This document shows, one piece after another, positions 40,001 through 47,411 of a stretch of DNA of 64,000 nt. Numbering within the stretch: the stretch's first letter is position 1; the number at the start of each line of letters is the position of its first letter. The stretch comes from an uncultured Cryomorphaceae bacterium. GTDB lineage: Bacteria > Bacteroidota > Bacteroidia > Flavobacteriales > UBA7430. The notes under the pieces were generated by a model. It was not told the origin of the DNA. It saw nothing but the letters and a program-made list of their open reading frames with translations, and made no database searches. Made by a program: the position numbers and the translations under genes. Where the stretch lies: NCBI GenBank assembly GCA_902551855.1, contig CACDER010000002.1:2916-66915 (forward strand). Reading direction: 5' to 3'.

Positions 40001-41063
40001 CATCTTCATCTCCATTGTAACAATAACCCAAACCTCTTTGTACATCACAACCAACATAATCGTCTTGATAATCTCCAAGATCTGGATCTACCCAAACACC
40101 AAACCAGGTTTCATTTAATGGTTGATGTGATCTATTTATAATTTTATAATTATAAAATGTCATATTGTTAATCTCATCGTTAGTTGAGAAAGCAAAAGCT
40201 TGGGCTTGAATTTCAATTCCAATTGATGTTTCAGATTGAGACTCCGTGTGTATGTTCCCGTTATCATTATAGACCCACCAAAGGGTTTGATCACCAAATA
40301 ACATATCAGCTTCTTTACAATTAAGATTTCCATCAATATTATATTCAGGATAATCTCCAGCTAAAGGATCATAGAATCCATCCCCGTTGGCGTCATAAAA
40401 TGGAGCTAAAGACTCTTGAGCATAATAAGGAGCTGTTGAAACTTCAGCGTCATACCCTGAAAACCCACCTTGTAGATTGTCAGTATTTCTATTTCCAGGA
40501 TATTCTAAAATTGATTTAGGAATAGAGTAATCTGGAAAGTCAACAGATGGTTCATCAGAATTTAAATACCCAATAAACTCCTCAACCTCAGTTCTGTATA
40601 TTACATGATGATTATCGTATTGAGCACAAATAGATGCATCAGTAGATCCATAGTTAGGGTTGGGAAATTGATCCTCAGTTAATCTAACATTATCTAGCGG
40701 TCCGGGCCAAAAATCATTACCTGACTGTCTATATGTTTGACCTGCAACTTTTAAATTTCCTTGATCATCTAAACCACCAATCCACAAAGCACCCGCAAAC
40801 ATTGAATGTTTTCCAGAACCTTGAGGAATTTCATATCTTCCATTATTTAAATCCCACCACATGTCACCTCCATTTAAAATTGTGGTCTTAACATTATTAA
40901 TATCCAATAAAGTTTGAGCTGTACCTGCTGCACAATTGAAGGCTAAAGTTTGCAAGGGATTATTAAAATTAGAATTATTTACATTATCATTTTCCTTAGC
41001 TGTTATTATTGTCGAGACTAGAAATAAAAATGTACATAAAAATTTATAATTTAATTTTATCAT
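37041..41063 (-). CDS. 1340-aa secreted acidic protein of unknown function with T9SS-type C-terminal domain
   Basis: Signal peptide without a lipobox. The protein is D/G/N/P-rich and Lys-poor. Conserved-looking blocks are 'GGDMWWDL..GRYEIPQGSGKHSMFAGALWIGG' and 'ADRRFIQSAGPFTLEPG'. A Ca-loop-like run reads 'DEDDGLDNDGDGEIDEPGE'. The C-terminal domain runs 'IVPNPYYG...ISIYNVSGTLI...ASGVYIVHIDAG...KVLKWFGALRPIDLDSF'. I found no HExxH, GxSxG or C25 motifs. Confidence 0.6.
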   Translation of the reverse strand: MIKLNYKFLCTFLFLVSTIITAKENDNVNNSNFNNPLQTLAFNCAAGTAQTLLDINNVKTTILNGGDMWWDLNNGRYEIPQGSGKHSMFAGALWIGGLDDQGNLKVAGQTYRQSGNDFWPGPLDNVRLTEDQFPNPNYGSTDASICAQYDNHHVIYRTEVEEFIGYLNSDEPSVDFPDYSIPKSILEYPGNRNTDNLQGGFSGYDAEVSTAPYYAQESLAPFYDANGDGFYDPLAGDYPEYNIDGNLNCKEADMLFGDQTLWWVYNDNGNIHTESQSETSIGIEIQAQAFAFSTNDEINNMTFYNYKIINRSHQPLNETWFGVWVDPDLGDYQDDYVGCDVQRGLGYCYNGDEDDGTAVGYGSNPPAIGVDFFRGPLADEDDGLDNDGDGEIDEPGEQIIMSKFVYYNNINGTVDGNPDVATDYYNYLRGIWLDNQPMTYGADGRDPSGIPCSYMFPGDTDPQFSDVWTEQTAGNPPADRRFIQSAGPFTLEPGALNTITTGVVWARANEGGAFASVELMRLADDKAQKLFDVCFEVLDGPDAPNLTIQELDKELIITLTNSNTSNNYQEAYLEADEVNILGFYDEAQTDTFRNEYSFEGYQIFQLKDETVTASDVYDVEKARLIFQCDIRNFKNSNGLVTLDEDGNDPIAQLTNFYFDQELQASVPQNMTIEASNSGISHSVSILQDLFASGNNSLINNKTYYYLPIAYAYNEFLEYSPDQVPDPNDPYAPSLLGQKKPFLAGRKNIKQYTGIPHKPNAEFGGTIQNSDYGTIPNMKRIEGIGNGGLELELSDETKNLLITQFCAPETGYAVDGAPVNIKVVDPLGVPQNTEFTFKLIGSGSNAEWILVNNTLSDTVFSEQVISVKNEQLIPEWGLSVTLLDGINPGDDGTDVSSNNGFLSAVEIKDNSTSWLDYINDSEDFFQTQTGDWFIYPENWIRSGTDSTDFIGIDDSQSFEKILNGVWAPYRLVGADSEEKPFAHSPVYNAPGAQFQSRLDYLTSVDIVFTEDKSLWTRCPVIETATVDDRLSLKSNPSVDKFGNPDNSGTNGFSWFPGYAIDLDKGIRLNIMFGESSDHPNDNGDDMLWNPSSRVDSGDQFGAFFSEFSGSDAEYDVIFGGRHYTYIMGSPYAGDSPQNHPFYNDLTNMTSAISKKRVFRDARWVSIPMLSSTNATISDGEIEVKIRVSTEYDQYQMDDSQCESSVVSENSGNIHLKFNTNDIQTITNNNKVAKNALDLIKIVPNPYYGSNNYEKDQVDQRVRITNLPTKCNISIYNVSGTLIRQVSLDSDINVTGWDWDLKNNDNVAIASGVYIVHIDAGDLGQKVLKWFGALRPIDLDSF

Positions 41064-41087
41064 AATTTAAAAGAGTTTTTTTTAAAA

Positions 41088-44000
41088 TTAAAAGTCAAAC
41101 ATTAGACCAAGCCTTATTGTTCTTGGTCTTGTAAAATTACTAGGATTATTTAGCTTCACGTTATATAAGTCAGCAAATGAAGCAGGGCTTAATTGGTCTT
41201 GAATATCATTCACACCAACTGCAGTAGATAAATATCCATCATCATCAGGATTACCAGTAAACTGGTAAACGTTCACAATATTCGCGGTATTTAGTATATT
41301 TTGAACTTGTAGATAAATATTCATTAAACCTGAATTTTTGCTGTCTTCATTACCCCAATAAATATTGAAGCTTTTATTTAGTCTTAAATCTAACCTGTAA
41401 GTCCAAGGCAATCTTGAACCATTAATTGTCCCTTCTAAGTAAGCTCTATTATTAATTCCAAACATTGCTTCTCTGGTTGCATTTAATTGCCTACTGTAAG
41501 GAGTTCCTGATCCTGCAGTAGCTATCAAATTTACTCCCATGTTTGCTAATATTTCTCTACCATTAACAACAGGTCCATTGTATGATCTTCCAGATCCATA
41601 TCTAAAATCTAAAACTGTAGTAATATTGTGTCTTTGATCATAATCAAGTGGTAATGTAGTTCTTAGATTCGGTTGTTCAGAAGTAACAATATTTGCCCCT
41701 GAGGTTGCATTTGAACCTGATCCATCTGCAAATTGCATAGTATAATTTGCATTTATAGTTACATTTTTTGTTCTTCTTAATTCATAAGCAAGTGAAAGCC
41801 CTTTCACAGTTCCAAAATCGATATTTCCATATGTAAAATATTCTATAGGAAATGCATAAGGAATTCTCGTATATTGAATCATATCTCTCATTTCTCTATA
41901 AAAAGCATTTATTGTTAGGGCTGAACTAGATGATAGTGCTTGTTTAAATCCGATTTCATAATTAGTAGTTTTTTGAGGTTTTAAATTTGGATTGAATACT
42001 GAACTAGTAGTTTTGTAAGCTAAAAATAAGTAATCCAGTGGATTCATTCTATTTCCTGAAGGTCTTTGTGTTAAAACATCGTAATAAGCGTAAAACATAG
42101 CTTGATCTGATATAGGAAAATTAAAAGAAATCCTAGGCATAATTGTTACTTGAGGAATATAATCTTCAAATGCATCAGCTGACAAACCCTTGTTAAGTGC
42201 ATCATCCCCATCAAGTAATGCTTCGGGATTAGCTAGCATTGGTAAAACTCCTTTGGAAACATTTAAAATGTTAGGATCATTAATTGGTAACCCCTCTGCA
42301 TCATACCAGTTTTCACCATTTCTATATCCAGTAATTGAACTTGGATTTGAATTATCATTTACATATACTACATAATCGGAACCAATATTAGATGGATGAG
42401 TTCCAAATTGAGAAACTTCACCAGCTGTCAAAACATTATATATTGAATATGGATCTTTTAAAACTTCTTGATTTGCATCATACCTATCTACCCTAACACC
42501 GATATTAAAAATTAAATCTTTAAATGCAAATTTATCTTGAATATATCCAGCAACATAAATTGGTTGAAAGGCACCTATTTCTCTTTTATAATTTCCATTT
42601 TCGTCTTTATCAGTTAAAAATTCATTCATTCCTGGTTGGACACCATCAATTAAATTTCCTTGATAATCATACCCATACCACGAAGCATAATTTGAACCAT
42701 TATTTAGAAGTCCGTCAGGGCTAAACATTCCAATATCTAATGAATTAGGATTGAAAGTATGAATATCAACATACTGATTGAAACTAATACCTTGAGAATT
42801 TCTAAAATTTTGGGCAAAACTCGACATTTCATCATAATTATACAGATTTTGTCTTCCCAATAAATATCCAGAAGGATCTTGATCAAGTAAAAACTCGTAT
42901 GCACCCGAGTTGAGTTGAATATAATTATTTACTTTTTGTTCAGCCAGAGTCCATAGTCCAATTGGACTTACCCCATAAAATCTATCATCCCTTTGCTCAT
43001 ATTCAAATCCAAACTGAATAGCATGATCATTAATATCTGCTGAAGCAGATCCAGTAAATCTGAACTGAGAGTTATTATTTTTTGAATAACCATTATATTC
43101 TCTACCTGTATTAAACCATATGGAGTAAACATCATCAGTTCTATCTCCATTCACTGCGGCACCAATTGAAGTGATTTGATCCAAGGTACTTATCGATAAA
43201 TCATTATAGTTCATAAAATCAAAGTATGATTGTGTATAGTTTTCAGTAAATGGATTAACTCCACCAGACTGAAACTCATAATTTGTTATAACCTCAGTAC
43301 CAAGCTCAAAATCTGAGTCTACAAATCCATTTTCGTTAAAGTAACCCATCACAACGTCATACATTGTATCACCTGAAGAAGGATTATATATATTTAAAGT
43401 ATATGTTAAATTTCCTAATGAATCTACTTCATTTGTCTCCCAATCTGAAGGAGTCTCTTTTACTAGTTCTCTAATTGGTGAAAATCTACCAACATAACCA
43501 TAATTAAAAAGTTTATCTTTATGATCAGCGTCTTGCTCTAAATAAGTATCTTTGGAGTAATCAGCTTGCAGTGTAAAATATGCATTTTTAATTGCTGAAG
43601 CAGATTGTTCACCATCAGTTGATCCAAAACTTTGTTGAAATCTTGCGTAAACTCTCCAATCTTCATCAATAAATTCAGGATTATTTTGAGGATTAAATAA
43701 TGAATACGTATATACACTTCCTCTACCTTTATTACTGGTTAAATTACCACCGATTGTAACATTGGTATTCAAACTTGGTTTAAAATCAATTTTACCCTGA
43801 ATTCTTGCATTTCTACTTTCTACATTTTGTCTAACATCAATTTTTTCTAAATCATTTAAGGTTATGAATTCTGAGGCTCTTTTTGATTGAGGTAAACCAT
43901 TTTGAATTGAGAATATTAATGGATTTTCTTGTAATTCAGTTAATACATTATCTTTAACTTTATAAATATCAGCTGCGGAAGGATCACCATCATCTTGAGA

Positions 44001-44831
44001 TTGGTACTCACCAGATAAAAAGAAACCTAAAATTGAATTCCCATCTTCTTTTTTTAGAAGGGGTCCAGAAAGATTAAACCCTAATAAATTATATCCATAA
44101 GGATCCAACAATTTCGAGGTTACAGCTTCTACTCCACCAAAAAACTCATTTGAGGGGCCTCTTGTAGTGATACTTATTATTCCACCTGTAGCATCTCCAT
44201 ATGCAGCAGGTAACCCACCAGTAATAACAGTCATTTGTTCTATAGCAGATTGTGGTAAAGAGTTTGATCCCCTAACTTTAATTCCATCTATGTAGTAAAA
44301 TGTTGCATCAGACCTTGCTCCTCTAACATTTAGTGAAGACCCTTCATCCTCTTGATATATTCCAGCAGTTTGTGCAGCTACTGACTGAACATTTCTTGTT
44401 GGTAAAGCAGTTATTTCTTCTTTTGTCTTTGTAGTACCTGATTTATCTGGATCAATCAAAGGAACTACATACTCAACAAGCTCGACTTCACCTAGAACTT
44501 CACTTTCAGTTTTTAAACCAGCATTAACAAAAGTAATTTTATTGGATGTTACAATAACATCTCTTATTTCTTTAGAGGCAAATCCAATAAATGAAACTTT
44601 AACTGTATAACTACCTGGATCTATTGGTTTTATAGTATATTCTCCATCAAAGTCCGCGACAGCTCCTCCAACAATAACCCCATTTAACTCAATAACTATA
44701 TTTGCCATAGGAATAGGTTCTGAGGAATCATTTTCAGTAACTTTACCTTTTAAAGTTCCAGATTGAGACTGGGAAAAACTTGAATATGAAAAACCAAACA
44801 GTAATATTGTGGTGAGTAATTTTCTAAACAT
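41088..44831 (-). CDS. TonB-dependent receptor with N-terminal carboxypeptidase-regulatory-like domain (1247 aa)
   Basis: Signal peptide, then the CarboxypepD_reg-like segment 'TLKGKVTE...DGEYTIKPIDPGSYTVKVSFIGF'. The plug carries 'LNVRGARS..YYIDGIKV' and 'GGLPAAYGDATGGIISITTRG'. The long barrel ends 'TIRLGLMFDF'. Confidence 0.85.
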   Translation of the reverse strand: MFRKLLTTILLFGFSYSSFSQSQSGTLKGKVTENDSSEPIPMANIVIELNGVIVGGAVADFDGEYTIKPIDPGSYTVKVSFIGFASKEIRDVIVTSNKITFVNAGLKTESEVLGEVELVEYVVPLIDPDKSGTTKTKEEITALPTRNVQSVAAQTAGIYQEDEGSSLNVRGARSDATFYYIDGIKVRGSNSLPQSAIEQMTVITGGLPAAYGDATGGIISITTRGPSNEFFGGVEAVTSKLLDPYGYNLLGFNLSGPLLKKEDGNSILGFFLSGEYQSQDDGDPSAADIYKVKDNVLTELQENPLIFSIQNGLPQSKRASEFITLNDLEKIDVRQNVESRNARIQGKIDFKPSLNTNVTIGGNLTSNKGRGSVYTYSLFNPQNNPEFIDEDWRVYARFQQSFGSTDGEQSASAIKNAYFTLQADYSKDTYLEQDADHKDKLFNYGYVGRFSPIRELVKETPSDWETNEVDSLGNLTYTLNIYNPSSGDTMYDVVMGYFNENGFVDSDFELGTEVITNYEFQSGGVNPFTENYTQSYFDFMNYNDLSISTLDQITSIGAAVNGDRTDDVYSIWFNTGREYNGYSKNNNSQFRFTGSASADINDHAIQFGFEYEQRDDRFYGVSPIGLWTLAEQKVNNYIQLNSGAYEFLLDQDPSGYLLGRQNLYNYDEMSSFAQNFRNSQGISFNQYVDIHTFNPNSLDIGMFSPDGLLNNGSNYASWYGYDYQGNLIDGVQPGMNEFLTDKDENGNYKREIGAFQPIYVAGYIQDKFAFKDLIFNIGVRVDRYDANQEVLKDPYSIYNVLTAGEVSQFGTHPSNIGSDYVVYVNDNSNPSSITGYRNGENWYDAEGLPINDPNILNVSKGVLPMLANPEALLDGDDALNKGLSADAFEDYIPQVTIMPRISFNFPISDQAMFYAYYDVLTQRPSGNRMNPLDYLFLAYKTTSSVFNPNLKPQKTTNYEIGFKQALSSSSALTINAFYREMRDMIQYTRIPYAFPIEYFTYGNIDFGTVKGLSLAYELRRTKNVTINANYTMQFADGSGSNATSGANIVTSEQPNLRTTLPLDYDQRHNITTVLDFRYGSGRSYNGPVVNGREILANMGVNLIATAGSGTPYSRQLNATREAMFGINNRAYLEGTINGSRLPWTYRLDLRLNKSFNIYWGNEDSKNSGLMNIYLQVQNILNTANIVNVYQFTGNPDDDGYLSTAVGVNDIQDQLSPASFADLYNVKLNNPSNFTRPRTIRLGLMFDF

Positions 44832-44993
44832 AAACTTAATTATTGTTCTATTAGTTTAAAAAAACCAATATTAATTTATTAATATAATTTGCGAATATAA
44901 ACCATATATTTCGAATTCAAAAATTTGTTTTGTAAAGAGTAGTTTTTGTTTTTGTAATTTTTAATACATAATTTAATGACAAATTAGTTTAAG

Positions 44994-45413
44994 TTGATTA
45001 AAAGTAATCATTTAATATTATTTATAATATTGTTGAATCTTTGTTGTAACAAAGATGAATTCAATTTTCCTGATACAAATGTTAATTTTTTTGTTTATCC
45101 CAATAACCCATCCAGTGAGGGATTACACTTTCCAGGTGGAACATTAAATATTGAGGGGGGGGTAAATGGAATAATAATTTTTCATGATTACCTTGACAAC
45201 TATATTGCATACGACAGGGCTTGTACAAATAATCCTCTTTTAAGCTGCGAACAAGTAGATCTAGATGCTGAAAGTATTAATATACTAAAATGTAATTGTT
45301 GCCCATCGAATTATTTAATATTTGATGGGTCTGTAGTAAATGGTCCAGCTCAAAATTCGTTGAAGAGATATAACACATCATTTGATGGGATAGTATTGAG
45401 AATTTTCAACTAA
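44994..45413 (+). CDS. small lipoprotein with degenerate Rieske-like fold (metal ligand His residues absent)
   Basis: TTG start, with signal/lipobox-like 'ILLNLCC'. 'GIIIFHDYLDNYIAYDRACTNNP' and 'LKCNCCPSNYLIFDGSVVNGPAQNSLKRY...GIVLRIFN' align to the Rieske boxes C-x-H and C-x-x-H. Asn replaces His in both boxes. Confidence 0.45.
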   Translation: MIKSNHLILFIILLNLCCNKDEFNFPDTNVNFFVYPNNPSSEGLHFPGGTLNIEGGVNGIIIFHDYLDNYIAYDRACTNNPLLSCEQVDLDAESINILKCNCCPSNYLIFDGSVVNGPAQNSLKRYNTSFDGIVLRIFN

Positions 45414-45419
45414 ATATCA

Positions 45420-46736
45420 CTAATATCTGTATTCGTCTCCTTTGTATGGACCACTTACATTTACTCCAATGTACTTTGCTTGTTCTTTTGATAAAATATC
45501 TAGTTCAATTCCTAACTTTTGTAAATGAAGTCTAGCTACTTTTTCGTCTAAATGTTTTGGTAAAGTGTACAATTTATTATCATATTTACTGAAATTATTC
45601 CAAAGCTCAATTTGTGCTAAAACTTGGTTAGAAAAAGAAGTAGACATAACGAAAGAAGGGTGCCCAGTTGCACAACCAAGATTCACCAGTCTTCCTTCAG
45701 CAAGCAAAATTATATTTTTACCCTCAACAACATACTTGTCAACTTGAGGTTTAATTTCAATTTTGGAAGATCCGAAATTTTTGTTTAACCAACTAACATC
45801 AATTTCATTATCAAAATGACCAATATTACAAACAATAGTATTATCTTTCATTTTAATAAAATGATTTGCAACTACAATATCTTTATTTCCTGTTGCAGTA
45901 ACAACAATATCAGCTTCAGAGACAGCATTAATCATTTTTTTAACTTCAAAGCCGTCCATACACGCTTGTAAAGCACATATTGGATCAATCTCTGATATTA
46001 TTACTCTTGCTCCAGCACCCCTTAATGATTCTGCAGAACCTTTTCCAACATCACCATATCCAGCAACTACTGCAACTTTACCTGCTATCATAGAATCAGT
46101 TGCCCTTCTTATGCCATCAACTAAAGATTCTCTACAACCATATTTGTTATCAAACTTAGATTTTGTAACCGAGTCATTAACGTTGAATGCTGGAATTAAT
46201 AAATTTCCATTTTTTTGCATCTCATTTAGTCTCAAAACTCCAGTTGTGGTCTCCTCAGAAAGACCTTTAATATTTTGGATTAACTCTGGATATTTGTTAA
46301 ATACCATACTAGTTAAGTCTCCACCATCGTCAAGAATAAGGTTCAATGGTTTTTTTTCCTCACCAAAAAACAAAGTCTGTTCGATACACCAATCAAATTC
46401 TTCGTCATTCATTTCTTTCCATGCAAATACTGAGATTCCTTCTTTAGCAATCGCAGCAGCAGCATGATCTTGTGTAGAAAATATATTACATGAAGACCAC
46501 TGAACTTCAGCCCCAAGCTCAACTAAAGTTTCAATTAATACTGCTGTCTGAATTGTCATATGAAGACAACCAGCAATTCTAGCACCTTTAAGAGGTTTTT
46601 TTGATGAATATTCTTTTCTCAATGACATTAAACCAGGCATCTCTGTTTCAGCCAATTTGATTTCTTTTCTTCCCCATTCAGCAAGGGAAATGTCTTTTAC
46701 TTTGAAATTTATTTTTTTTGTAGGGATATCACTCAT
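45420..46736 (-). CDS. ahcY: adenosylhomocysteinase
   Basis: '[15 protein letters not shown]', the NAD-binding 'AGYGDVGKG' and the C-terminal '[10 protein letters not shown]'. I prefer the ATG at 46736 (438 aa) to the TTG at 46763. Confidence 0.95.
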   Translation of the reverse strand: MSDIPTKKINFKVKDISLAEWGRKEIKLAETEMPGLMSLRKEYSSKKPLKGARIAGCLHMTIQTAVLIETLVELGAEVQWSSCNIFSTQDHAAAAIAKEGISVFAWKEMNDEEFDWCIEQTLFFGEEKKPLNLILDDGGDLTSMVFNKYPELIQNIKGLSEETTTGVLRLNEMQKNGNLLIPAFNVNDSVTKSKFDNKYGCRESLVDGIRRATDSMIAGKVAVVAGYGDVGKGSAESLRGAGARVIISEIDPICALQACMDGFEVKKMINAVSEADIVVTATGNKDIVVANHFIKMKDNTIVCNIGHFDNEIDVSWLNKNFGSSKIEIKPQVDKYVVEGKNIILLAEGRLVNLGCATGHPSFVMSTSFSNQVLAQIELWNNFSKYDNKLYTLPKHLDEKVARLHLQKLGIELDILSKEQAKYIGVNVSGPYKGDEYRY

Positions 46737-46796
46737 AATTATTACATTAGCATTATTTTGCAAATTTATTTCTTTTTTACTTTGATTTTGAATTTT

Positions 46797-47411
46797 ATGA
46801 GAGAAATTTTAAATAAAAAATTAAATATTTACAATATAATTTCGATTTGGGAATACTTTCCTGAAGAAATCGACATTAAAAAATTAGAACTATCAAAATC
46901 AGTTAAATATAGAATACAATTGATTAGTTCAGAAAAAAAACAAAAAGAGCATGCTGTTACTTCAATTATTTTAAATAAAATATTTAAATCTAAAGTTGAT
47001 TTATGGCATAACTCTTCTGGTAAGCCCTTTATTAATAAATCTAAAAATATATCTATCTCTCATTCAAATAATTATGTAGCTATTGCTTATGGAAAAAAAA
47101 ATATTGGCATAGATATAGAAAGACCTCAAACTAGAATTATAAATATTTGCAAAAAAATTTTATCAAAAAAAGAAATTGATATATTAGGTCACTTCCCAAA
47201 TAAAATAAATGCTTGTAAATTTTGGTCAGCAAAAGAAGCAATATTTAAGTTTTTTGGCGAAAAGAATATAAATTTCAAAAATGATATTGACTGTTCAGAT
47301 TTTAATTCTTCTAGATGCAATAAAAAAGAATTTAAAATTTTTTTTGAATACATAAATGATTATATTGTAACGTATTGTCTAAGAAAAACACCTTTAAATA
47401 AACTTAAATGA
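46797..47411 (+). CDS. 4'-phosphopantetheinyl transferase (Sfp-type)
   Basis: Motifs 'SGKPF', '[11 protein letters not shown]', 'IGIDIE' and '[10 protein letters not shown]'. I prefer the ATG at 46797 to the TTG at 46758. Confidence 0.8.
   Translation: MREILNKKLNIYNIISIWEYFPEEIDIKKLELSKSVKYRIQLISSEKKQKEHAVTSIILNKIFKSKVDLWHNSSGKPFINKSKNISISHSNNYVAIAYGKKNIGIDIERPQTRIINICKKILSKKEIDILGHFPNKINACKFWSAKEAIFKFFGEKNINFKNDIDCSDFNSSRCNKKEFKIFFEYINDYIVTYCLRKTPLNKLK

Noticed and set aside
37041-41063. The 1340-aa protein could be PorU, the T9SS C-terminal signal peptidase. Its size, its CTD-like end and its adjacency to a PorV-like gene mimic the known porU-porV pair.
   Set aside because: I find none of the C25/gingipain-like blocks or a plausible catalytic His/Cys pair. 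The N-terminal blocks do not resemble PorU as I recall it. This still needs an HMM check.
41088-44831. A classical polysaccharide-utilisation locus (SusC/SusD).
   Set aside because: No SusD-like lipoprotein, glycoside hydrolase or hybrid two-component/ECF regulator is adjacent.
35940-44993. A horizontally acquired genomic island.
   Set aside because: There is no integrase, transposase, flanking direct repeat or adjacent tRNA. The tRNA-Leu is 5 kb away, with housekeeping genes in between. The compositional shift can be explained by the amino-acid usage of exported proteins.
46736-46797. An apparent 5' overlap of the divergent ahcY and PPTase ORFs (track starts at 46763 and 46758).
   Set aside because: Both long versions begin at TTG codons. 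In-frame ATGs at 46736 and 46797 give proteins of canonical length, with a normal 60-nt divergent promoter gap.
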